From assembly GCA_965208125.1 (NCBI GenBank), contig OZ242320.1, positions 2,528,001-2,592,000 on the forward strand: DNA of 64,000 nt. Reading direction: 5' to 3'. Both the position numbers and the translations under genes were made by a program. Origin of the DNA: Candidatus Latescibacterota bacterium (GTDB taxonomy: Bacteria > Latescibacterota > UBA2968). Position 1 is the stretch's first letter; each line of letters starts with the position of its first letter. The notes beneath the pieces were generated by a model. It saw only the letters and a list, made by a program, of their open reading frames with translations, was not told the origin of the DNA and made no database searches. This document shows positions 40,120 to 49,467 of the stretch, piece after piece.

Positions 40120-40602
40120 CTAAAATGGCAGATCGTCGTCTGCAGCATAAGGAGGTGGCTCTGGAGAGGCCGCGTCGTCCGATGTAGAATCTGATGGCTG
40201 TGATCTTGACTGCCCTCCGCCCTGAGGCGTGCCACCGCCATAGCTACCGTCCATACCGTCCATTTCGCCGCGGGTATCGAGCATTTGCATGTCGCGGGCA
40301 ACCACTTCGGTGGTATAACGCTTTAGCCCATCTTGCCCTTCCCAACTGCGCGTTTGCAACTTGCCTTCGATATAGACTTTGCTGCCTTTGCGCAAATACT
40401 GGTTGCAGATTTCGGCCAAACGGCCCCACACTACAATGCGGTGCCATTCGGTGCGTTCTTGTCTTTCACCACTGCTGTCGGTCCAGCTTTCGTTGGTGGC
40501 GATGCTGAAGTTCGATACGGCTGTGCCTCCTGGCGTGTATCGAAGTTCGGGATCGGCACCTGCATTGCCGATCAAGATGACTTTGTTGACTCCTCGTGCC
40601 AT
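40120..40602 (-). CDS. ssb: Single-stranded DNA-binding protein
   Basis: [31 protein letters not shown], acidic tail DDDLPF. Confidence 0.98.
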   Translation of the reverse strand: MARGVNKVILIGNAGADPELRYTPGGTAVSNFSIATNESWTDSSGERQERTEWHRIVVWGRLAEICNQYLRKGSKVYIEGKLQTRSWEGQDGLKRYTTEVVARDMQMLDTRGEMDGMDGSYGGGTPQGGGQSRSQPSDSTSDDAASPEPPPYAADDDLPF

Positions 40603-40771
40603 ACGTGGCCTCCTTAGGATTGAGTGTGCGTTTCAGGGATCATGGCACGACCCTGTAAGAACTTGGTACGAATATACTTTTGCATGTGGGATTTGTCAAG
40701 GTGACATTGGTTAAAATAATGGCGAGGGGTGTTGCGATGCCCTATATTGGATACAATTTAAAGGAGGTGCT

Positions 40772-41719
40772 ATGAAATATCGCACACTGGGACGTACGGG
40801 TTTGAAGGTTTCGATTATGGGTATTGGTGGTGGCGGACCTACGCAAATGGGACAAAATACGGGTGTCGATCAGGCGGGCGTGAATCGATTGGTGCAGCGC
40901 GCGCTGGATCTCGGTATCAATTTTTTCGATACGGCTGCTGCGTATGGCGAGAGTGAGACGATTATCGGAAATGCACTTAAGGGCGTGCCACGCGATGATT
41001 ATATTCTGGCGACGAAATTTCACGCCCATCGTCACAGAAGTGATGAGTTTGTGGGTCCAGAGGAAGTCGTCGATACTATTGAGCGCAGTTTGAAGCGTTT
41101 GCAGGTGGATTATGTCGATGTGATGCAGTGGCACGGTGTTCGTCCGCATCAGTATTCTGAGGCTATTGAGGGGCTGTGGCCCACGGTGGAGAGGTTGAAA
41201 GATCAGGGGAAGTTCGGGTTTATGGGGGTGAGTGAGACGTATGCCGAAGACCACAAGCACGAGATGTTTTCTATGGCGCTATCGGATGATTTGTTCGATA
41301 CGGCTATGGTGGGGTATAATTTGTTGAGTCCAACGCCCGAGCACGAGATTTTGCCAAAGTGTCAGGAACTCAATGTGGGTGTGATTTGCATGGTTGCGGT
41401 TCGGCGAGCACTGGCTCGGCCCGATGTACTCAAAGAGCGCATTGCTTATGCAAAGGATAAGGGGTTGATTGCGCGAGATGCGCTGGACGATGAGGATCCG
41501 TTGGGATGGCTGGTCCAGGGCGATGTTACGTCGTTGCCCGCGGCGGGTTATAAGTATGTGAACGCGCATCCCGCGATGGGTGTGGTGCTGTCGGGGACCG
41601 CGAATATCAATCATCTGGAGGAGAATGTGAAGGCGATTCTCGGTCCTCCTTTGCCAGATGAAGATATGGCGCGGTTGCGTTCTATTTTTGGCGATGTGTG
41701 GGAGCCGTTGGGGAATTAA
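40772..41719 (+). CDS. Aldo/keto reductase
   Basis: MKYRTLGRTGLKVS, FFDTAAAYG, ATK, SLKRLQVDYVD. Confidence 0.92.
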   Translation: MKYRTLGRTGLKVSIMGIGGGGPTQMGQNTGVDQAGVNRLVQRALDLGINFFDTAAAYGESETIIGNALKGVPRDDYILATKFHAHRHRSDEFVGPEEVVDTIERSLKRLQVDYVDVMQWHGVRPHQYSEAIEGLWPTVERLKDQGKFGFMGVSETYAEDHKHEMFSMALSDDLFDTAMVGYNLLSPTPEHEILPKCQELNVGVICMVAVRRALARPDVLKERIAYAKDKGLIARDALDDEDPLGWLVQGDVTSLPAAGYKYVNAHPAMGVVLSGTANINHLEENVKAILGPPLPDEDMARLRSIFGDVWEPLGN

Positions 41720-41729
41720 AGGAGGTTTT

Positions 41730-42920
41730 TTGAATAATCCAATTTCTGAGTGGAATAAGGATTTTCGTTTGCTGGCGCTTGCGGTTGCTTCGCAGGGGAT
41801 TTTTTTTGGCGTACAGTTGACGCTTTACAACAATTTTGTTGTTGATCGCCTGAATATCGACGCGCACGAATTGGGGTATGTGGAAGCCCTGCGCGAGGTG
41901 TCGGGGTTTATGAATGCGTTTTTTGTCGCGCTGATGGTGCGATTCGCACCTCCTGTTGTGGCTGCGATTTCGCTGATGGTTATGGGTGCGGGCATTATGG
42001 CTTATGCCCAGGTTGATTCGGTTTTTTTGCTGGCGGTGTATTCGTTTGTGTGGGGTGTGGGTTTTCACTGCTGGATACCGATGGAGCAGTCGATGGCGCT
42101 GCTTTTTTCGCCAGGGGGTAAGAAGGGGAAGTGGTTGGGGCAGTTGCGCAGTGTGAATAGTGTGGCGTGGTTGTTGTCTATTCTGATTTGTAAATTGGCT
42201 TATGATTTTGTCGGGTACAATGGTTTGTTTATTATGGCGGGTGCTGCTACTGTGGGCGGTGGTTTTGCCATTTTGTTTGCGTCTCGCAGGCGGCCGCCCC
42301 ACGAGCGGAGTTTTGTGTTTAAGCGGCGGTATGGTCTGTATTACGCGCTGAATTTTCTGCAGGGTATGCGGAAGCAGATGTTTATTACGTTTGCGATTTT
42401 TGCTCTGGTGAAGATACACGGGATGCCCGTGCATACGACGATGATTCTGGTGTTGATGAATCAGACGTTGATTACGCTGACTGCGCCGACGATGGGCAAG
42501 TTGGTGGATCAGTACGGCGAGCGGAAGATGCTGTCGCTCAGTTATATCGGGTTGACTTTTGTGTTTGTGGGATACGCGGTGGTGACGCATCGCCCCACGC
42601 TGTACGTTTTGTATTGTGTCGATAATATTATCTTTTTTGGCGGGATCGCGCTGACGACGTATTTGCACAAGATCGCGCCGGAGTCGGATCTCAAGCCGTC
42701 GCTTGCGATGGGTGTGACGATGAATCATGTGGCTTCGGTCGCGGCACCGCTTTTGGGCGGTTTCGCCTGGCACTATTTTGGCTATCAGGTGATTTTCTTT
42801 AGCGGTGCTGTTCTGGCTCTGATTTCGCTGATTGTGAGTCAATGGGTCGATCCCGAGGGGCAGCTTCAGCGGGAGCGGGAGAAGATGCCCGGTGGCGTGG
42901 CTGCACAACCTGTGTCGTGA
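41730..42920 (+). CDS. MFS transporter
   Basis: About 12 hydrophobic segments, GKLVDQYGERK; TTG start behind AAGGAGG. Confidence 0.85.
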   Translation: MNNPISEWNKDFRLLALAVASQGIFFGVQLTLYNNFVVDRLNIDAHELGYVEALREVSGFMNAFFVALMVRFAPPVVAAISLMVMGAGIMAYAQVDSVFLLAVYSFVWGVGFHCWIPMEQSMALLFSPGGKKGKWLGQLRSVNSVAWLLSILICKLAYDFVGYNGLFIMAGAATVGGGFAILFASRRRPPHERSFVFKRRYGLYYALNFLQGMRKQMFITFAIFALVKIHGMPVHTTMILVLMNQTLITLTAPTMGKLVDQYGERKMLSLSYIGLTFVFVGYAVVTHRPTLYVLYCVDNIIFFGGIALTTYLHKIAPESDLKPSLAMGVTMNHVASVAAPLLGGFAWHYFGYQVIFFSGAVLALISLIVSQWVDPEGQLQREREKMPGGVAAQPVS

Positions 42921-42951
42921 CCACCTAAGAACGCAGATGAAACGCGATGGT

Positions 42952-43010
42952 GTAGGGACAGGTTCCCCAACCCAACCAATTGTAGGGGCGGGTTTCCCAA
43001 CCCGCCCGAC
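42952..43010. repeat. Two tandem GTAG-type REP units
   Basis: gtagggacaggttccccaaccc... and gtaggggcgggtttcccaacccgccc. Confidence 0.65.
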
Positions 43011-43021
43011 GGAGACGTCCG

Positions 43022-44956
43022 ATGTCAGATAATGCGTTTGATACATGGGAACCAATTGTTGAAGATGACGAGGCGATCCGAGCGGCGTTGGAGGATGCGA
43101 ATATTCCCGCGTTGATGGTTTCTCTGGTGCATTTGACCGGGGATATGGGCATTGTTCGGGGGGAGATTCGTCCGCGGGCGAGGAATCTGGCGGATCCACA
43201 GGCGGGTGTGAAAGAGGATCAGCAGACGGTTGTCCGGGAGATCGCTTTTGAGGTGTTGAAGGCCTATCGGGATCGCGGTTGTACTCTGCCACCTGCACCG
43301 GGTCGGGCGCGGGTTTGGGAGATGATGAATTTTATGATTGGGGAGGAGATTCCCGAAGATTACGGGGCGTTTTTGGAGGGGGAGTTGTCTTTAAATGGCG
43401 AGGATCCTTTTGTGCCTCCGGGTATGGATGATTTGCCCGGGGATAAGAAGCGGGATTTTCGCGTTTTGATTATTGGGGCGGGGATGTCCGGGTTGCTGGC
43501 GGCGCATCGGCTTCAAGAGGCGGGGATTTCGTTTACGGTGGTGGAGAAGAATGCCGATGTGGGTGGCACATGGCTGGAGAATACGTATCCGGGATGCCGC
43601 GTTGATAGTCCGAATCACTCGTATTCCTATTCTTTTGTGCCCAAAAATTGGCCGCAGTATTTTTCCACGCAGCAGGTGCTCCTCGATTATTTCAGGCAGT
43701 TTGCAGAGGATTTTCATCTGCGCGAGCATGTCCGGTTTCAGACAGAGGTGGTGTGTGGTCGTTTTGATGAAGAGAGTAAGGTCTGGAAGGTTGAGGTGCG
43801 GGACAAAGAGGGGGTGCGGCAGACGATTGAGGCGAATGCCATTATCAGTGCTGTGGGGCAACTCAATCGCCCGAAGTTGCCGGATATTGCGGGGCGCGAG
43901 AGCTATCGGGGGGTTGCATTTCATTCTGCGCGATGGCCGCGGGAATGCGATTTGACGGATAAGTGCGTTGGTGTGATTGGTACGGGTGCGAGTGCATTTC
44001 AGTTTGTGCCGGAGATTGCAAAGCAGGCGCGCGAGGTTTTTGTGTTTCAGCGCACGCCGCCCTGGATTCAGCCCAATCCGCATTATCACGCGGATGTGCC
44101 AGAGGGGCAGCACTATCTCTTGAATCATGTGCCGTTTTACGCCAAGTGGTTTCGGCTGTTTATGTTCTGGCGTTCGGCAGAGGGGATGCTCGGTGCGGCG
44201 AAAAAGGATCCGGCGTGGCCGCATCAGGAACGTGCGGTGAGTAAGGCGAATGACAAGGTGCGCCAGCGGATTATAGAATATATCGAGTCGGTGCTGGGCG
44301 ACGATCCCGAGTTGATGCAGAAGTGTATTCCGGATTTTCCGCCAGCCGGTAAGCGCATGTTGTGGGACAATGGCCTGTGGTTGCATACTTTGAAGCGAGA
44401 GAATGTGCATCTTATTACGGATTCGATTGAGAGGATTACGGAGTCTGGTTTGGAGACGCGGTCGGGTGAGGGCTATGATTTTGATGTGCTGATTTACGGT
44501 ACGGGATTTCAGCCGAGTCGGATGTTGTGGCCGATGACGTTTGAGGGGATTGGGCGCAGGGATTTACAGGCGCATTGGGATGGCGATCCGCGCGCGTATA
44601 AAGGCGTTTCTATTCCGGGATTTCCCAACTTTTTTTGTATGTATGGGCCAAATACGAATATTGTTGTGAATGGCAGTATTATCTTTTTTTCCGAGTGCGA
44701 GATGAGGTATATCCTGGGGTGTATCAAGTTGCTGATTGAGACGGGATGCGCTGCGATGGATTGCAAACGGGATGTTCACGATCGGTATAATGAGCGCATT
44801 GATGCGGGTAATCTGGAGATGGCATGGGGTGCGCCAAATGTTCGGAGTTGGTATAAGAACGAGGCTGGGCGGGTGACGCAAAATTGGCCGTTTTCAATGC
44901 ACGAGTTCTGGAAGCAGACGCGGGCACCCGATTCCGGGGATTATGTGTTTATTTAG
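43022..44956 (+). CDS. Baeyer-Villiger monooxygenase, 4-hydroxyacetophenone monooxygenase-like
   Basis: N-terminal extension ANIPALMVSLVHLTGD, GAGMSG, GGTWLENTYPGCRVD, fingerprint YRGVAFHSARW, GTGAS. Confidence 0.88.
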   Translation: MSDNAFDTWEPIVEDDEAIRAALEDANIPALMVSLVHLTGDMGIVRGEIRPRARNLADPQAGVKEDQQTVVREIAFEVLKAYRDRGCTLPPAPGRARVWEMMNFMIGEEIPEDYGAFLEGELSLNGEDPFVPPGMDDLPGDKKRDFRVLIIGAGMSGLLAAHRLQEAGISFTVVEKNADVGGTWLENTYPGCRVDSPNHSYSYSFVPKNWPQYFSTQQVLLDYFRQFAEDFHLREHVRFQTEVVCGRFDEESKVWKVEVRDKEGVRQTIEANAIISAVGQLNRPKLPDIAGRESYRGVAFHSARWPRECDLTDKCVGVIGTGASAFQFVPEIAKQAREVFVFQRTPPWIQPNPHYHADVPEGQHYLLNHVPFYAKWFRLFMFWRSAEGMLGAAKKDPAWPHQERAVSKANDKVRQRIIEYIESVLGDDPELMQKCIPDFPPAGKRMLWDNGLWLHTLKRENVHLITDSIERITESGLETRSGEGYDFDVLIYGTGFQPSRMLWPMTFEGIGRRDLQAHWDGDPRAYKGVSIPGFPNFFCMYGPNTNIVVNGSIIFFSECEMRYILGCIKLLIETGCAAMDCKRDVHDRYNERIDAGNLEMAWGAPNVRSWYKNEAGRVTQNWPFSMHEFWKQTRAPDSGDYVFI

Positions 44957-44962
44957 ATTCTC

Positions 44963-47389
44963 ATGTTCTCCAACTATTTCACCATCGCATGCCGCAACCT
45001 GTGGTCGCACAAGCGCGATACGCTGATCAATTTGCTCAGTCTTATTGTGGGGCTGTCGTGTTGTGTGATGGCGATTGTGATTATTTTTTTCGAGATGAGC
45101 TATGACCGGTTTCATCCGGATGTGCATCGCATTTATCGGGTTTTGCGGGAGCGGGTGAGCAATGAGCAGACGCAGGTGCGGTGGCTGACTTCGGGGGCGC
45201 TCGCCCGGACACTTGAGGCGGAGATGCCCGAGGTTGAGTTGGCGTCCAAGAATCGCATTTATCCGGTTGTGGTGCGTTTTGAGGATCGAGAATTTACGCT
45301 GGCGCAGGGGCAGGTTGATGACCGGTTTTTTGAGTTGTTTCACTTTCCTTTTTTAACTGGTGATGCCAGTGCGCTGTTGCAGCCGTATCGGGTTGCGATT
45401 ACGCAATCAGCAGCAGAGAAGTTGTTTGGCAAGGTTGATCCTATAGGCAAAGTTATTACTATTCGCGAGCGGTATTACGGTGGCGATTATACGGTTGCCG
45501 CTGTTTTGCAAACGCCTCCGAGTTTTTCGTCCCTTCAGTTTGATTTGTTGCATTTTACCGATGGGCGGACAGTGGAGGCTATTTTTGATTGGACGCAGTG
45601 GCAAGGGCGGGTGCAACAGGCGGGTATTGAGACTTTTGTGCGTTTGCGTGAAGGGGTCGATGCGGGTGAATTCGAAGCAAAAGTGTCGGGTGTTATTGAA
45701 CGGCACATGGGCGCGGATGTGCGCCGCATTCTTTCGTTTCGCTTGCAGCCTCTTGGACGGTTGCATTTATATGGGGTGCAGGATTACAATTTGTCTTCGG
45801 GTGGCAATGTCCAGGCGCTCTATCTTTTTGCAGCGATTGCTGTGCTGGTGCTGGCGATTGCGGCAATCAATTTTGTCAATCTCGCTACGGCGCGTTCGAT
45901 GTATCGAGCGCGCGAGGTGGGGATGCGGAAGGTGGTTGGGGCGCGTCGCGGTCAGTTGATTCAGCAGTTTTTGTGCGAGACGGTTTTGCTGGCGTTGCTG
46001 GCTGTGGTTGTAGCCGTGCCCATTGCGCGTATCGTACTGTTGGAAATCAGCGCGCGGACGGACGCGCATTACGCGCTTGACGCGCCGATGCTGTTCGTGC
46101 TCTTGCCGGGTCTTTTTGCGCTTGCCGTGTTCGTGGGGTTGATGGCGGGAATGTATCCCGCGTTTTATTTTTCGGGGTTTCGTCCGGCTGATGTGCTTAA
46201 GGGCGTCGCGCATTTGCAGGGTGCGCGGCTTCGGCAGGTTCTGGTTGTGACGCAATTTGCCATTGCTATTTTGCTTATGATTGTTACGGATGTTATTTAT
46301 AGGCAACTGGACTATATTCAGCACAAGGATCTGGGTTTTGATAAAGAGCATCTCGTTTTGTTGCCTATTTTTAAGCTGGATCGCCGGCTCAAGACCAATC
46401 ATGATCCCTGGCTTGTGGCGCAGTACAATGCTGTAAAGCAGGCGTTTTTGGTACATCCCAATGTTGTTTCGGTGTCTGCTTTTCGCTTTTTGCCCGGGCA
46501 AGATGGCGGTGGTTTTGTGAGGATTGTCAAGCCAGAAGGTCAGGATCATACCGAGTGGCGGATGCCCGTGCAGGAGGCTGATGAAGATTTTTTTGCTACT
46601 TTCGGTGTGTCCATTTTGGCTGGTCGCACGTTTTCGCCCGGGATTGAGCGCGACCGCACGCATGCGTATATTCTCAATGAGACCGCTGTGCGCGCGCTTG
46701 GGTGGACAGTGGAGGATGCCGTGGGGCGGCGTTTTGGACGGGCGCGTTCAGAAGAGGATGCCAAAGGTACTGTGATTGGTGTGATTGCAGATTTTCACTA
46801 TGCATCTCTTCGAGAACCGATTGGACCGGCGGTTTTTGCCTATCGCCAGTGGTTTTACGATTATCTGGCGCTGCGGGTGCGCGATTTTTCAGGGGTTCGA
46901 CCTTTTCTTGAGGAGGCCTGGGATACGTTTATGCCAGCCGATAAGCCTTTTGAATTTACATTTCTGGATGAGGAACTCGATGCGATTTATCGGGTGGAAA
47001 GGGTTTTGGGGCAGGCTGTTACCGCTTTTGCCGGGTTGGTGTGTTTGCTGGCGTGTTTGGGTTTGTTCGGTCTGGCGGCTTTTACGGCTGAACGCCGCAG
47101 GCGCGAGATCGGCATTCGCAAGGTGCTCGGTGCGTCTGTTTCAAGTGTTGTTTTGTTGTTGTCCAAAGCGTTTTTGAAGCTGGTGCTTGTCGCCAATCTC
47201 ATTGCCTGGCCCATTGCTTATTATTTGACAAATATCTATTTGCAAAATTTTGCGTATCGCACATCTTTCAGTTTGTGGCCGTTTGTGTTTGCGGGTTTGC
47301 TTGCGCTTTTAATTGCGCTTTTGACCGTTGGTACGCAGGCGTTCAGAGTGGCGCATACCAATCCCGTGGAAATACTGAGGCATGAATAG
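44963..47389 (+). CDS. ABC transporter permease, duplicated MacB/FtsX-type
   Basis: MFSNY, INFVNLATARS, REIGIRKVLGAS, NPVEILRHE. Confidence 0.95.
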   Translation: MFSNYFTIACRNLWSHKRDTLINLLSLIVGLSCCVMAIVIIFFEMSYDRFHPDVHRIYRVLRERVSNEQTQVRWLTSGALARTLEAEMPEVELASKNRIYPVVVRFEDREFTLAQGQVDDRFFELFHFPFLTGDASALLQPYRVAITQSAAEKLFGKVDPIGKVITIRERYYGGDYTVAAVLQTPPSFSSLQFDLLHFTDGRTVEAIFDWTQWQGRVQQAGIETFVRLREGVDAGEFEAKVSGVIERHMGADVRRILSFRLQPLGRLHLYGVQDYNLSSGGNVQALYLFAAIAVLVLAIAAINFVNLATARSMYRAREVGMRKVVGARRGQLIQQFLCETVLLALLAVVVAVPIARIVLLEISARTDAHYALDAPMLFVLLPGLFALAVFVGLMAGMYPAFYFSGFRPADVLKGVAHLQGARLRQVLVVTQFAIAILLMIVTDVIYRQLDYIQHKDLGFDKEHLVLLPIFKLDRRLKTNHDPWLVAQYNAVKQAFLVHPNVVSVSAFRFLPGQDGGGFVRIVKPEGQDHTEWRMPVQEADEDFFATFGVSILAGRTFSPGIERDRTHAYILNETAVRALGWTVEDAVGRRFGRARSEEDAKGTVIGVIADFHYASLREPIGPAVFAYRQWFYDYLALRVRDFSGVRPFLEEAWDTFMPADKPFEFTFLDEELDAIYRVERVLGQAVTAFAGLVCLLACLGLFGLAAFTAERRRREIGIRKVLGASVSSVVLLLSKAFLKLVLVANLIAWPIAYYLTNIYLQNFAYRTSFSLWPFVFAGLLALLIALLTVGTQAFRVAHTNPVEILRHE

Positions 47390-47456
47390 GTGTGTAACTG
47401 GCCGTTCCCCGGGCCAATTCATAAATCCTATCCATCAACCCAGCCTATCAATCAGC

Positions 47457-47527
47457 ATCGTCATTGCGGCATGGTGTTAGCCGCCACGCGCAAGCACAAC
47501 GCCAGTAATCCAGAGGAACTCACGCCT
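47457..47527. repeat. CGTC-type REP-like element, copy 2
   Basis: Matches 36870-36932 except the 5-nt loop, one substitution and an 8-bp insertion. Confidence 0.75.
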
Positions 47528-47590
47528 TGCTAACACGTATAATATTGAAATTGTAATATTGAAATTGATCACTACTATGGAGGTCCTCAC

Positions 47591-48010
47591 ATGTTCTTCA
47601 CACTTCTCATCATCACTCTCGTAGTCGCCGCTCTGGTGTCTTTTATCGCTGTGCGTGCATTTAGCAGCGCTATCAATAGTATTCTTCACCGGCTTATTGA
47701 TGATGCGATAGCAAGTGCGTGGGTGCGCTATATGAAGTTTGCGATTTTTGTGGTGGGTATTTCTGGCGGTGTGCGTGTTCGTTCGCTGGAGCGTTATATT
47801 TTGCCGCAGGAGCATTTCGATTCCGCAGGTGAATCCCGCGATATGCCTCCCTTTGAGCTGACTACCGAACGGTGGGTGCTCGAGATATATCGCACGATTA
47901 TCGAGTCTCTGCAATCTATCGCGTGGATGTTGCTTGTCTTTTTTATTGTTTCACTCGGTATGTACATTGTCGTGCGTATCTTTGAAATGCGCCGAGGGAC
48001 GAACGCGTGA
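47591..48010 (+). CDS. Hypothetical membrane protein (about 3 TM)
   Basis: GGAGG RBS, hydrophobic segments, WVLEIYRTIIESLQ. Confidence 0.75.
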   Translation: MFFTLLIITLVVAALVSFIAVRAFSSAINSILHRLIDDAIASAWVRYMKFAIFVVGISGGVRVRSLERYILPQEHFDSAGESRDMPPFELTTERWVLEIYRTIIESLQSIAWMLLVFFIVSLGMYIVVRIFEMRRGTNA

Positions 48011-48081
48011 TGAGCAGAGAGGGGCGATAAAGCGGTGGACATCGGATTGCAGAGAATTATATTGGCGCAAAGGGGTCTGGT

Positions 48082-48612
48082 ATGGAGAAAATAGAGAAAA
48101 AAGTGATACCGGGCTGGACCGGGAGATGCTATGAGGATTTCGAGGTAGGCGAGGTCTATCGAAGCCGGTTCGGGCGGACGGTGACGACGGCTGACAACCA
48201 GCTGTTCACGCACCTGACCCTGAATACCAATCCGCTTCATTTTGACGAGGAATACGCCCGCCGGACGCGGTGGGGAAAGATCCTGGTGAACAGCACGTTT
48301 ACGCTCGCGCTGGTCGTGGGAATGAGTGTCCCGGACGTGAGCGAGCGGGCGATGGCGAATCTGGGTTGGAGCGAGATCCGGCTTCCGAATCCGGTATTTG
48401 TGGGAGATACGCTCTATTGCGAGACGGAGGTGCTCGCCAGGCGGGAGTCGAAGTCGTACCCGGAAGCGGGTATCGTGAAGGTGCGCACGCGGGGCGTGAA
48501 TCAGGATGGCCGCGTCGTCGTAGATCTGACTCGTAGCGTGATGGTCTATAAGCGGGCGCACGCGCCGTTGGAGGATGCCTTTCCCGAAATTCACGAGGAG
48601 AAAGACGAGTGA
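48082..48612 (+). CDS. MaoC-family dehydratase (RipB/itaconyl-CoA hydratase-like)
   Basis: GRCYEDFEVG, GRTVTTADN...LTLNTNPLHFD, ANLGW, PVFVGDTL. Confidence 0.88.
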   Translation: MEKIEKKVIPGWTGRCYEDFEVGEVYRSRFGRTVTTADNQLFTHLTLNTNPLHFDEEYARRTRWGKILVNSTFTLALVVGMSVPDVSERAMANLGWSEIRLPNPVFVGDTLYCETEVLARRESKSYPEAGIVKVRTRGVNQDGRVVVDLTRSVMVYKRAHAPLEDAFPEIHEEKDE

Positions 48613-49466
48613 AGTCGATGCGGTCCTGGCTTTTTGTACCGGGGTACTGGCAGCGTATGATCGACAAGGCTCTGGGCCTGCCGGCGGATGTGCTGATATT
48701 CGATCTGGAGGACGGCGTCCCGGAGGCTGAGAAGGATGTTGCGCGCAGTCGTGTCGCTGCCGCGCTGGACGGCGCGCGTGGCGGCCCAACGCAATTCGTT
48801 AGGGTTCACGATGCCGGTTCCTCCGAATTGGATGCCGATCTGCAGGCGATCGCGCGTGCGGGGTTGCAGGGACTCGTATTGCCCAAAGTGCAGGGACCGG
48901 AGGATGTGCTTCAGGTGTGCCAGTGGCTGGACCAGCACGAGACCAGAGCGGGTATTCCATCTGGAGGCGTCAGGCTTCTGGCGACCATTGAGAGTGCCCG
49001 GGGTCTGGTTCAGGCGCCTGCGATCGCATCCGTTACACCCAGGCTGGTGGGGCTCATGTTCGGCGCGGAGGATTTCGCGCTGGATCTGGGCCTTTTTTCG
49101 CACCCGGGACAGGGATTGGTCAATTACGCTCGGTCGGCGCTGGCGGTGGCTTCAGCAAGCGGACAAATCCGGGCTATAGACAAGGTGTTTACGGACATCA
49201 GCGATCCTGACGGGCTGGCCGCGGAGGCGCGGCGGGCCAGGGATCTGGGGTTTGTCGGAAAAGCCGTAATTCATCCGGGTCAGGTTGGGGTGGTGAATGA
49301 AATTTTCGGTCCCACGGAGGTCGAGGAGAGGTGGGCACGGCGAATTGTTGAGGCTTTTGAAGGGCGGGCGGACGAAGGCCCGGCGACCGTGGATGGCCGG
49401 ATGGTAGATAGGCCGATTCTGGAACGGGCGCGATGGATTCTGGATCGCCTTGAGGAAGAGGGTTAA
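48609..49466 (+). CDS. CitE/HpcH-family acyl-CoA lyase
   Basis: RSWLFVPG, DLEDGV, IESARG, FGAEDF, GKAVIHPGQ, DGRMVD. Confidence 0.9.
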   Translation: MKSMRSWLFVPGYWQRMIDKALGLPADVLIFDLEDGVPEAEKDVARSRVAAALDGARGGPTQFVRVHDAGSSELDADLQAIARAGLQGLVLPKVQGPEDVLQVCQWLDQHETRAGIPSGGVRLLATIESARGLVQAPAIASVTPRLVGLMFGAEDFALDLGLFSHPGQGLVNYARSALAVASASGQIRAIDKVFTDISDPDGLAAEARRARDLGFVGKAVIHPGQVGVVNEIFGPTEVEERWARRIVEAFEGRADEGPATVDGRMVDRPILERARWILDRLEEEG

Positions 49467-49467
49467 C

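Noticed and set aside
41682-43298. 538-aa antisense ORF (also 43391-44410, 45767-46663, 47794-48789, 58482-59204, 59425-60195)
   Set aside because: Shadow ORFs opposite well-supported genes, His/Arg/Pro/Gln-biased with no motifs; explained by codon bias.
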